Shown: positions 26,001-38,000 of the stretch, piece after piece
Numbering within the stretch: the first letter of the stretch is position 1
How the letters are laid out: every line of letters starts with the position of its first letter
Assembly (NCBI GenBank): GCA_046563655.1
Contig: CM102290.1
Coordinates: 7,316,001-7,380,000 of the forward strand
DNA: 64,000 nt
Reading direction: 5' to 3'
DNA from: Yuukianura sp. NJ FZ-2021
Taxonomy: Eukaryota
The notes under the pieces: model-generated
Database searches by the model: none
Seen by the model: only the letters and a program-made list of their open reading frames with translations
Told to the model about the DNA's origin: nothing
Made by a program: the position numbers and the translations under genes

Positions 26001-29000
26001 TTCGGTCCCTTGGTCGTTTTTTTGATTTCAAACTGAAATCTTTTCCTCGGTTTTGAAAAGGACACACAAAATTTTCTGTAGTTCCACATGAATGGACTAG
26101 AAGATATTGGGAAACGGACGTCAAAGGGGGAAAGTGAGGCAATGGAGCGGTGGTTATGCCTAGAAGTAAAAGGATAGTGCCTAACCTAACCTATGTTAGT
26201 AGTACTTGTGATACGAAAATGAAGTTAGGGAATGTGAACGCAGGAGATGACATTAGAGAAATCATATCAATAGAACCGGAAAATCAGAGGCAGAGAGGAA
26301 GAAAGTTAAAGGGAACGGCCGCTCCGTAATAACATGAAGAATAGGTTCCAAGCCATTGCATCAAATGAATTGTGTCAACAACAATTGTGTCAACTGAAAT
26401 GTACCAATTTGAATTACATCAACGGTTAATTGTATCAACGAGCCAATTGTGTCAACTGGAAAATTGAATCAACAAGCAATTGTGTCACCTTACCAATTGT
26501 ATCAACTAGAGAATTAGGCTAACCAAACCCAACGCGCGCCTTCGGCGTTGAGTTATAACAAGCAGCAATAATTGGTATCTATTGGTCGTACTGGAAATTC
26601 TCACTCTCCAGTTGACACAGTTCGCCAATTGATGCAATTCAAATCGACACATTTCAGTTGACACAATTGTCGTTGACACAATTCAATTGATACATTGACA
26701 TGCTCCCGAAGAATCGGAGTCAGCCTCTCTCCCATCATCATTTCCATATCAAATAAACCAACTAAACTTCAGAGACTGAAGAACGTAATCAAAAGAAGAA
26801 CAGAAAACAATGATCAAGCAGCCACTATTTCCATTTGACAGAAGGAGAAATGGAGGAGAGCAGTGGTCCAGAACCACTTTTGAGCCTCTCTCGCCAATTT
26901 GTTATTATGGAACCTTCATTTTTCCTGCCACAGCGTCTTTGGTTTGTTCCCTGGAGAAAGTCACGTGTCCGTCCTTACTCGGCGGTGGTGACATTCCGCC
27001 ATCTTCTAATTGCCAATTGTCTCAAAGGAAATAAAACTCCTTTTACCCTAAATCTTTTCTGTTCCACGCTTCACTAGAGATCAAATTGAAAGAAAAGTAC
27101 AACGGTAACTTTACCTCTGATACCTAATGAGGCATATTTTGAACCCCATCGTCTCCTCTGTTTACGTTTTTTAAAGGCAAAGGAACCAACTGACAACTTT
27201 GGGAAAACTTAGACTTTTCAAATGTGACTCATGTTTTGGAAGTTTGAAAAACAAAATTTTTTCGCAATGTGAGTCAGTATGAAATAATAATTGTGAAAGG
27301 TTCCGCTTTTTGCCTCGAAGTGAAGCTGAAAAAAACATGAAAAGTTCTACAAAAAAAAAAATGTGACATAACATACAGTGAATTGTGCGGATTGAAAAGC
27401 ATAAAAAAAGAGTTTTTCGTGGGTCATAATTCATTTTGACCATTCAAAAGTCACATTAAAGTGAACTCGGTGGTTGATGGGAAATTCTAAGGAAAAGGTC
27501 ATTAGGAGTCCACAAAACCTTTCCCCATCCGAGGACGCGATTGAGTAAAATTAAAAGACAAAGGTGACTGACCTTAATGAGTCGATGCATGTTGCCAGCA
27601 TGCACGTAGTATGGCGGCACAAGGTCTTCAATTCTTGTAGATGCTGAGAGTGACATTTCATTGTCATCAGATGAAGAGTAGCATGTCGTAAGGAGGTAGA
27701 CGGCTCTGCCCATTCCAGATTTCTTGGATGAAATGACTTCTTCTGGAAGATGTTCATCAGGTATGTTGTAAGCTCCGCCGCCATCTCGAGACCCAGACTC
27801 CAGTCTTCCGTGTCCTGGACTTTCTCCCACCAAAGGAACCAGAGACGAATCCTGGAAGGAGAAAAAAGAGAAAGCTTTGTTTTACTTCCAATTGAGGGCA
27901 GGGCAGGTTCGATTTAAAAACATCAAACTTTCCATGCCAAAATCATAACCAGGGTTCGGAAAAAAAGCGCTTTTTTACCCCTCTCATCAAAAAAATTTCA
28001 AATATTTTTTTTCTTCCAAACCACTCAAAACTTATTTTCGTTAAATTGAAATGAAACGTGCAATTAGCCGGGGAAAAAATAACTTTGTCGAAAGTTCCAA
28101 AGTGGACCGAGAATTTTTCGGGTCCACGTTTTGTTGTCAAGTGTCAACTATTTCGGAAATTATTTATTCGTTTTTTTTTTCACTTTTTCGATGTTTTAAA
28201 CTACTTCCGATTGTTTCCCGATTTTTTAAAAAAATTTAAACAAATATATTTCATTTTTCAATTGGATATTTTGTAGGAACTTACCTTGTCCTCGTCCGTA
28301 ACTCTCCCACTTGTCGAATTCTGTTCGGTCGTTCCTAAATTTGGCGTCTGAGGTGCTGGTGATGTAAGGGCAAGGTTTCCTGGAGGCACGGCGTTCTGTG
28401 ACCGCGGCGGGCGAGATCGAGGCCAGCATTCTTCGAGTCGCAATTGGATTCCAGCCAAAACTGAAGCTTCTTCTTTGCTGCAAGGTAAACTTCCGCTCAC
28501 CACCAGGCGTTGCATCTACAAACCCATTCAGAAAATTCTGAGCACTAATAAGTTGCATTTCGGATACACAACACCACACAATGGGCAGCACTACACTTCC
28601 AAGTCCACAAAAACTAAACATTAAAAATTATGTTCCAACTAGAACGAATCTTGTCTAGAAAAAATGCCAACTTGGCGAAAGACCGAGTCTCAAATGCCAT
28701 GAAAACGAAACCACAATCTCAAGTCTCGTTCAATGGATAACCTGTATGAAATTGAAAATTATATCTTAGAATTAAGTTTCTGAAAATTAAAATAAAGCCT
28801 AAGTAGAATTGTTTTCGTGCTCCTCACCATCTTAATGTTATTTGATCAGTTATGACAAAAAACAATGAAGCCCAAGGTAAATACAGGGTGTGGCAGCCAA
28901 AAGTAGACACCTCAATTATAAATATTTTGTGTATTTTCGTAACTATGGGAGGAAACTTGCACCGAAGCGCAAAAAGTTTTTGCGCTTCGGTAAAAAATCG

Positions 29001-32000
29001 TTTTGACTTTTGACAATTTTTGAACTTGGCTAAATTCTCCCCCCATTATTTACCATTTTTTCGTCGGTTACCCCTAACAACGAATTGAAGGTGTCTACTT
29101 TTGGCTGCCACACCCTGTAGAATACTTATAGTAAATAGAATGAAGCCTACCAAAATCCTGTAGAAAAAGATTGGCTAAACTTTACTCTGAATCCCGAAAA
29201 CAAAAAGTTATGAAAGTAAAATTTCGACAAATTGGTCTTAAGAGACCTGTCAAAAAATCTTTGTTCTTTAGGAGTTCGAGTCTTCCTGGTGCTCTTTCAT
29301 TTCTTGCCAAATTACACCAAATCATAGCTCATGTTTTTGTTTTCATTTCACCACATTTTGTTTTTTTCTACACAAATATGTCAAGTTCCGAAAAATTCAA
29401 GTTTTCAACCAAAGTATTTTTCTTAAAAATGACAAAGGAATAGCGGATAACTTCGTCTCCTACTCTTACGTTCATTTCTTTTTATCAATTTTCGTGGGTA
29501 GAAGTATAATTTGGCAATGAATTTAGTGTTTTCGTTCCGATGGGAACTTGGATCTGAGCCAATTTAGCCAAAATCAGAAATTATTGAAGGGTTAAGTGTA
29601 AAGTCAAAGTATGAGTTTTTAGCATGACGAATTTAATTCTTGCCAAAAATAACCGGTTGACTTGATGGATTGAATGACACTCCCTACTTAAGTGTAAGCT
29701 AAAAATCGGGAGAAGCCAAGACACTACTTAAGTAAAAAAAACGCCACTGCGTGACCTATTTTGATGACTCGTCAGAAGGAAATTTAGTATGCCACGTAAG
29801 CTTGCCGTCCAATAACATTGATCTTTAGCGCAGCCAATAGCGCAAAGTAATTAAGTTTAAATATGCAGCTTAGACTTGTTCACATGGAACTGTTAATGGG
29901 TTTCCGTTGAATATTGCTGCCAATGTCGTTAAAACACTTTCAAAAATTGGATTTTAAATGATATTGTTAGTTTGACACTACTATGTAGTCCATACGTTAC
30001 ACTAGTCAAACTAAAATTTCGTAACAGTCAAATCAAAAGGAGCCGATGCCATAAGAGCCAATCAAAAAGATCCACTTTCAAAAGGAGCCGATGCTAAAAT
30101 CGCCAATTTCAGAGAAATCGCCAACAGCACATGTTATTCGGGTTGATTCAAAACTGAGCTTGTCTGTAGGTTTCTTCATATATTTTAACAATCAGCGTTT
30201 TTCGACTTGTCTCTTATGGCGTCGGCTCTTTTAGAAAATTGGCTATTTTGGTGTCGGCTCTTTTTGATTTGGCTGTTATGGCATGGAACCCTAAATTTTG
30301 AAGGCGTAATGAAGTCTGATGAAATTTTAAACCATCGCCAACAATCCATCAGTAATAGACAAATTGTTCAAACCCCCAAATATTCCTTCTTTCTTCCAAA
30401 TAGACGATAGTGCAATAAAAAAAACCCACCTATAGTTGTTCCTTGTTCAATTAACGATTCGGTTAGGAGGTAAAAAATTCTGAATGTAAAGCTCACATTC
30501 AAATTTTGAGAATTGAAATTTCATTCTTAGTGTGATAGTTGTGTTGGTTTGGGTAATAAAATCTTAAATCAAGTTTCGTACGTTGGATATAATTAAATAT
30601 TTGACTCACCTCCCAATATTCTAATTCGGTGACTTCCAGCGACTCCAACTCATTTACATCCTCCTCGGACGCCTATGCATAAAGAATAAACAAAATTCAA
30701 TGAAAATAGAACGTTAAAATAAAATTCAATTCAAACGTTTTAAGTTAAACAACAACGGCAGTTCAGATTAGACTTTTTTTTAAGAAACAATACTTTTGAT
30801 CGAAACCTATGAGTGTAACATGAAAACAATTTCTTGAAATCATAAAAACTTTCTTTTAAAACTAATTTTTAGTATGTAATGCTACACTGGATTTTCAATG
30901 GCTTCGGAGTAATATTTCAGCTCTAAAAGTTTGTCTGGGAAAGTTTAAAGAATGGCACTATAGTCTCATTTGCACGACAGTAAAAATTGATAGTCTCATA
31001 TAATCTAGCCCATTTCAATGCTAAAATGCCTCATCGAGATCCAAACGCAGAAGTGTAAATTACTACTGACAAATGATCTCAAATTAAATCGTTTCAAAAG
31101 GAGACATTAGATGCACAATAACTTTTTTTAATACTTAAAAAAAACCCGCGTCTGAAACATAAGGTATTAAACACAGCTATCATAGATCCATTTTACCACT
31201 TGGAATTTTTGAGTTGAGATTTTTTTTTTCGTCAATAGGTTCTGCGTTTTGAACGAAAATATTTTTTTTACAGGACGAGTAAATCAAAAATGTGTAGAAG
31301 GTTAACCTCAAGGAGCGTTATGTAAACGGTTTTGTTTTTAATAAAGGTTGTAAAAACACAATGCTTTGGTTTAGCAAATTTTTGGCAAGCGTCGCCCTTT
31401 CAACTCATCACCTTCAACATAGCTCCTGACAAACATGGAGCTGATGAAAGCTAAAAGCTAATTCCCATTTCACAACTAAAGCCCTTCAGTTGGACAGGGC
31501 AACAAATCCATCCCTTTGTCCTGCGTCACACAAATTGGTTCAAGATCCATCGATTCCTGCTGCTACTCTCCCGCCTTTGCCAGAAATGAAAATGGGAAGT
31601 GTCAGTCAGTACTAAAGGAGAGACAACCCTGTTGCTTCTGTTCCTTCGTGTAAACACTTCGTCTACATCTGACATTGACATCCCCACTACACAACCCAAC
31701 ATATCCTTCTTTTTTAATTTACTAGACTTCCGCCATTAAATCAAGCGGAAAAGGGCTTGTCCAAGCTCTCAATGAAGCAATTGTGGCTGGGGAGCCAGAG
31801 AAAGCTTCGGTGGAGAAAGTATTTACCCAATCCGCACTCAAAGTGAAGTTCTGATGCTGAGTGTGGCCCATTATGAGACCCTAAGTGCCTCTACTGTTAA
31901 GACAGGTCTACTGTGTACTTACGAGTGAGGGACAGAGCATCCTGATGTGGTCTGTCCAACGAAGATATGGTGGCCCACAAGATGACACTCGGGCCACAAA

Positions 32001-35000
32001 GTCCTTCAACTCACGAATCACAGAGTTCCTTCCGAACGGACGACATGTCGTTATCCAATCCTGCAAACAGCGACAACAATTAGCTTGCAAAAATAAATTT
32101 GATTTGGGGTTATTTTAGGTTGGGTAACCTAAAGCTAAAATTTAATACTAAATATAAAGGTTCCATTCTGGAATTTTTAAAATTTTGAAAGTTTTTGAAA
32201 AATTATGAAACATGGAATAAATACTTGAATTTGTTTTGAGAAATTATTGCTCGAACTGCAGCGGAAATCAATTATGCCCTGAGGTTTGAACAGACAGTTG
32301 TAAATGCACACTAATGTCGTAGCACTCTGGACGGAATTAGAATTGCAACTAGACTTCAAAAACATAACGGACTTCGGAGTCGGTATAGTAAATTACTGAG
32401 GGTGATAAAATCCTTGCTCTGAACGATTACGATAAGAAAGTATTACAATGGACACTACCAAACCTATATTTCCTATTGAGCACTCCAGTCCATTCGGAAA
32501 TTGAAACCAACTTAGCAATACATCTCCCAAGAGTTCCTTGCGGTTGCGTCTTTGATTGCGTCAAACTTTCGTGCAAATTTTTAACAAGCAAAAATTTCTC
32601 CTTACTCATTTTAAAAACTTCTCTCAAAAGAATAAATAGAAAAGGAAATAAAATGGTTTGCGTTGGAATTTTTAACTGTTTGAATTAATTTTTTTAAATT
32701 CAAAATAGAATGGAAAGGAACTTACTTCGACAAACATGAGAACAGCTCTATGTACGATTGGCATGTCAGAGATGAATATACTGTCATTTCTTCTAGCAAT
32801 GGAGCTTAGTGGAGAGACGGAGCTCCTTCGGCTTCCGTCAGTACGTTCATTGTTACTTCCGGATACTGAAAGCTTGTCATCAAATGGAATGTAGCCTTTG
32901 GAAGCTACTTTAGGAGAATGCGGAGTCAGGAATCCTGGAGAGGGTGGACTGGATTGATGCGATGGTGGCTGTGGAAGACTTGGACAGCCTCTTATAGGAC
33001 TCGAAGGGCTCAGAAGATGAGCAGCCTGTGCAGGTACAGGTAGTGTTGGAGACTGTGGTGGTGACGATGTTGTTAGTCCGTCCAGAGCAAGAGGAAGCGG
33101 AGCCTCAAGGGTAACTTTCGGAACAGATCGAGACCTCGGTCTAGGAGAAGCTGGTGGAATTGCGGGAGGTGACGGTGGTTCAATAGAAGTGTCTAAAAAG
33201 TCAGGTAAATTTTGAAGGCGACGTTGGAAGGCCAAAATTTCGTCTTCCGGTGTATCTTTCGGTGAGGTCACTTCAGTTGACACGTCGAGAGACCGATTTC
33301 GACTCAGTCGCCGGGACTTGCGTTGATGAAGACTTCCGAATCGAAAACCCTGAAAGTCAAATAAAGGCACTTAGAACACGCCAACAGAAAGTCAAGAGCA
33401 GACCGTGCTTTCCAATAATCTCTCCGAATGAACTGAAGGGGAACTGGAGAAGATAATTCTTCTAGTTTCTAAACCACCCATTGTTTGTGTACATTTCCGT
33501 GCCAAAAAAACTAATGCAATGGCCCCATAACTCATTTCATCACTCTAACCTTACCTGTTTAGTAAGGAAAGACGGAGAGCCAGTAGGAGAGTTGGCTCCA
33601 CTATTTGGCCCACTCCCACCCTGCAGTAGACTTTCCCGGGAAGCTGCATTTCGAAGACCGGCAAGCGGCAACAACCCAAAAATAGAACTTTCTCTGCCCT
33701 TCGTTGAAACGGTGGTGGCGGAAGCGGCGGGGAGACTCGAATCGACTGCAGTATTCGTCGTAGACGTCGTCGGAGCTCTCTGTGTCTCTTCAACCTTGTC
33801 AACGCTTGCCTCTTGACTCGATGATCGCCACTTGGAGAAAATCCCACGCAGCGTATTGCTTCCCGCCTTTTTCGTTGGAGATGTGGGGACGGGTTCTGGA
33901 GAAGCAGTCTCCTCCATTTCGTGTAATACGAGACTTTCTTCACCCTCAGTCAAGTTGGATCCCATACCGCAGTCTACAGTGAGACTAACCTGAAAATGAA
34001 ATTTCAACAAAAAATATCAAATCAGCACGTAGTTTGAAAAAAAAAGAAGTTGAAATTGTTCATTCCGTCATGGTTCCTGGGAGCTATTAAATTCTTTTCT
34101 ACGTTCGATTCAAGTGCCTAGGTGAAAAGTTTATAGGTGACTGGAGAAAATGGGAATTGAAGTGAAAGTGAGATGCTCTGAAATGGTGGCTAATTTCCTC
34201 AAACAGTCAAAGATCAAAGCCACAAATCGGACAAAAGTCGGTTTGGAATTTCGGTCATTTAGAAAAGTTATCTTCTGATCTAATTCAATAGACTTTTGCA
34301 GATTAGATTTTAATCTAAAGTTCGGGCGATCTAAAGAAAATGGCCATAAATTTAATCCTGGCGAGATCCCGAAATCAATAAAAGTCTCTCCCGAAAAACT
34401 TTTCCATTTCTCTTTTTCTCAACTTTGTGAAGTAAAGCGGTAGTAGTAAGGATAGGAAGCGCTGGGGATAGAGCCTCCTCTGTGGCAGAATATCCATGTC
34501 TGTGCCAGAGACGGTAATCTAATAGAGGAATTCCCTTTTGCCCCACTTTGCCTTCTACATCCACCTTCCAGGTATTCCGGGCTATTTCCAGCGCGTCGTC
34601 CACCAACAAAATCCCAAGACGCTCCTCTCACTTTAATCACACAAACCAACGGATCCACTTTCTTTCATTTTTTGGTCTTCTGCTTACTTGTCTCCTGCGG
34701 CGTAATGGAATTGACTCCGTGTCAGTGCTCGATGCTCGACTTCTCGAAGTTCTTGACTCCCCCGATAAAATTGAAAACACCGAGTGACCAGAGTGCCCAG
34801 AGTAGGCTGACGCAAAAGAAGCACGAGAGGCACAACTTTTCCATCGTCGTAGCGCTAAGCCTGTACTGAGAAGCCGATGAAGAAGAAGACGCAACAGAAT
34901 TATCGGATGAACCACAGCCGAGTAGCATGTCTGGAATGTTCGTACAAAAGCTGGGTCCAGTTCCGGTCCTCCAATACTGTCTCTTCGGCCTGCTGTTATA

Positions 35001-38000
35001 CAAAAAAAATGTTTTCAGTTTGATTTGTTATTATATTTCCAAATTTTTGAAATGAACTTACAATATCGACTCTCCGCAGAGTGCCTTCGATTGTGAAGTT
35101 GACCTGGTGAGAAGCAGTTTCTACTTGGACTTTGGTTCAGCCAGCCAACGCCAGACGCTTCTCGGAGATATGGCGATCCAGGAGCAACACTGACCTGTTA
35201 ACACACAAATAAAAGTTAGCTCATAATAAATTGGTACTAGCAAAATATTTTTCTTAAATTCTTACTTCGAGCGATCTAAGAACTCTAATAAGCGTAGACT
35301 CGACTGACATGGCAATGACCGAAGAGAACCTGGTTCCCTCTGCGTCTCCATCTCTGGGGTAAAAATGGCCTAAAACTGGTGGTGGCGTTGCACAGGTCCA
35401 AGTGATGAACAAGTCTTCGTTTCCCAGCACCCCACTCTGGATCGTCGTTTCGTCTGCAATTAAATGATGACAATATTAACCTTCAAAAACGTTAGTGTTT
35501 TCGAAGAAGTTAGGTCTCACCCATAGTGACCAGGTCAAAGACGCTGACCCGAAGGGCTGACCGATGATGTAGGCCGAGGTACACAAGAAGCCTAGCTGCA
35601 TGGTGCTTGACATATCTGGCAAACAAGGTCGTGTGATTTGTATAAAAGAATTCGTCTGCCGGAAGAAGAAGTGGAGGTAGAGCCTCTGCTACGCCGGAGT
35701 CAAGTAGTGCTTTGTGATGGGCTGGGTTCAAGGCAAGTGTCGCCAAAATTTGAAGAACGAGGCATAGAAGTTGCTATGGAAATAAAAGGAAATTAAATTA
35801 GAGACACTATTACAGTTCGGAAAAGTCTTTTGTTTTATAGAAAATCAACTTGTTTTTTTCTCTTCTGCTTCCCGATTTCATGCTTATTGATAAAAGATTT
35901 TAGTGCCCTTGAACAAAATCCAATTTCAATCTCTGTAAAAAAAATGCATTCAAAAATGGAAAGGCATAGGGGAAGGTTATTTGACGGCTTCTTTTTGGAG
36001 CACAAAATGAAGTTTCTGTTGACTTGGAATTTTCAACAGCCTTTCAACTGTCTAATTAGGACTTTCTTTTCCTATTGAAAACGTTGAAATGAATGGATAC
36101 ACATTTTCTTTACTTTTCCTCTGCGTGATTTCCAATTTCCTCTCTTTTTTTCTCATGTCAAAATGAACTAAAAGTGATCAGAAACGAGAAAGAAAGCCTA
36201 CTAAGCTCAGAATACTGTAGGAACTATCTTGGCAAAAAAAAGCCAGACGTAAGGTCTCGTCATTTTACGTTTTCCCATAAACTTTCTTTGTGGCAGGTCT
36301 TAATCCCTCTTTCTCTCAAATGAAAAGGCAATTAAAGGTTTTTAGACAAATTAGATTTAGAGCACATGAAAAGTTTTCCCTGGAGGGAAATATGTAACAC
36401 AGAGAAAATCTGTCTTGAAATGAGAATAAGAGAAAGCTAAGTAATGCTGATTCGACGTTGATAAAAAGTGCAAACAAAATTCTTTATACGGTCGCTCCAA
36501 AGTTTTTCACGAACAATTGTCACCTGTTTCTGTACTTGACCATGGACGGAGTCGTATTACATTGACCATTGTTGTATTGGGTTTCTTTTTCTTTGTATTT
36601 CCTGTTTTGATATGATATTAGGCGTAAGTTTCGTAAAATCTTTCGCAGATGGGCTTGTAAGCTAAAAGTTTCTTATTTTCTGTTGGCAATACCAAAAACA
36701 AAAACTTTTCCTGAGTTTTATCTTCTCTTTTGCCCTTTATAATACTATTAGAAATCATTCTCAAGCGTTTTTCAGCCAAAAAATTTTTTGGAATCATTGG
36801 CTCTTGTTTTTCTCGGTACAGCGGTGGGAAAAATTTGCCACAGTTTGTTTGTAAAGTTAGTTACGAATTAAATAAATTGTGATCCGAAACAAGTAGATTG
36901 TTCAGTCAATATGTTTAATTTCAACGAGAAATGTTTTGTAAGCCCAGACTTTTCTGTGGCTTTTTCAAGAGTTACAAACCACCTTCAATGGTTTTTGGAA
37001 ACAAAACTTTTCAAGGTCAAGTTATTGCCTCTTTCCAATTTTTGACAGCTTCTATTTCATAAAAACCTTAGAAATTAGCAAACAAGAACACACTTCTTTA
37101 AAATTCCGAACCCTTCGCAACTTTCACCGACCCCACTTGTTCCTACACATTTTGCTTATAAATATTTTGTGCATATGTCTCGTTTGAATACTTACAGGGT
37201 CATGGGTAGCGTCCAATGCTGCAATAAAGATTCTAAGAGGAGCTTCAGCAACGAGAGATTTCTGGACGGTAGGTGCATGACAGAGGAAGACAAGGAGTCG
37301 AGCACTGAGCAGTTGGAGACAATGAGCACTGCAACTTCTCCGCCTTCAAAACAAACAAAAACAGCACCGCGGTCAATGACCTTGCCTTCCGCATGTCCAA
37401 AACTACCCGGGTATTAAGACATCTTCCCTAACTTAATTGTTGCCTCCTCCAGCCACTTACCTGACAGAGGGCGTGCAGGTTTGACGTGAGCCAATCGTCC
37501 TCTTGTACAGGGTTACAGCATTGTGTAAAATATTTACGATGGCTCCAACTGCCGGTCCCAAAATTTCTATTTGAAACAAAACAAAAGAGGTATTAGGCCC
37601 ATCAAAGTTCGTCTCGCCCTCCAAGAGTTACTACAATTCATCGTAAATTGGGATGGACTTCGACACGCAATCCAATCGATCAGCCATACTACACCTTCAG
37701 AATTTTGTTTTCCAAAAAGTATAGAGCAGCCCATTGCAATGACAGTTTCTAGATCCTATCTCTCTTTTTAGTTGAGAAAGAAGTAAGAAATTGATCTATT
37801 TTCTATTAACTGATCGAAATTAAAAAACTAGCACCTCCACGCCCCACTTGTCAGCGCAACGAAACCATTGGGGTATAACCAACCGTATAACTTGTCGCCC
37901 ATCGAACAATACGAATAAAGCTCCACCTCCCTTGGAAAGCAAGTGCTATAAAAATTTAGCAAATTTCAACCTTGTTCGTCCTAGAACCGGGGGAAAACTG

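Noticed and set aside
26369..26510. Regularly spaced AATTGTGTCAAC repeats resembling a CRISPR-like array
   Set aside because: The units are short, degenerate and mirrored in inverted orientation at 26605-26695, so they are subrepeats of a foldback transposon in eukaryotic DNA.
34352..34658. Overlapping minus-strand ORFs in the intron after exon 34688
   Set aside because: No phase-compatible acceptor/donor pair found; 34688 splices cleanly to 33989.
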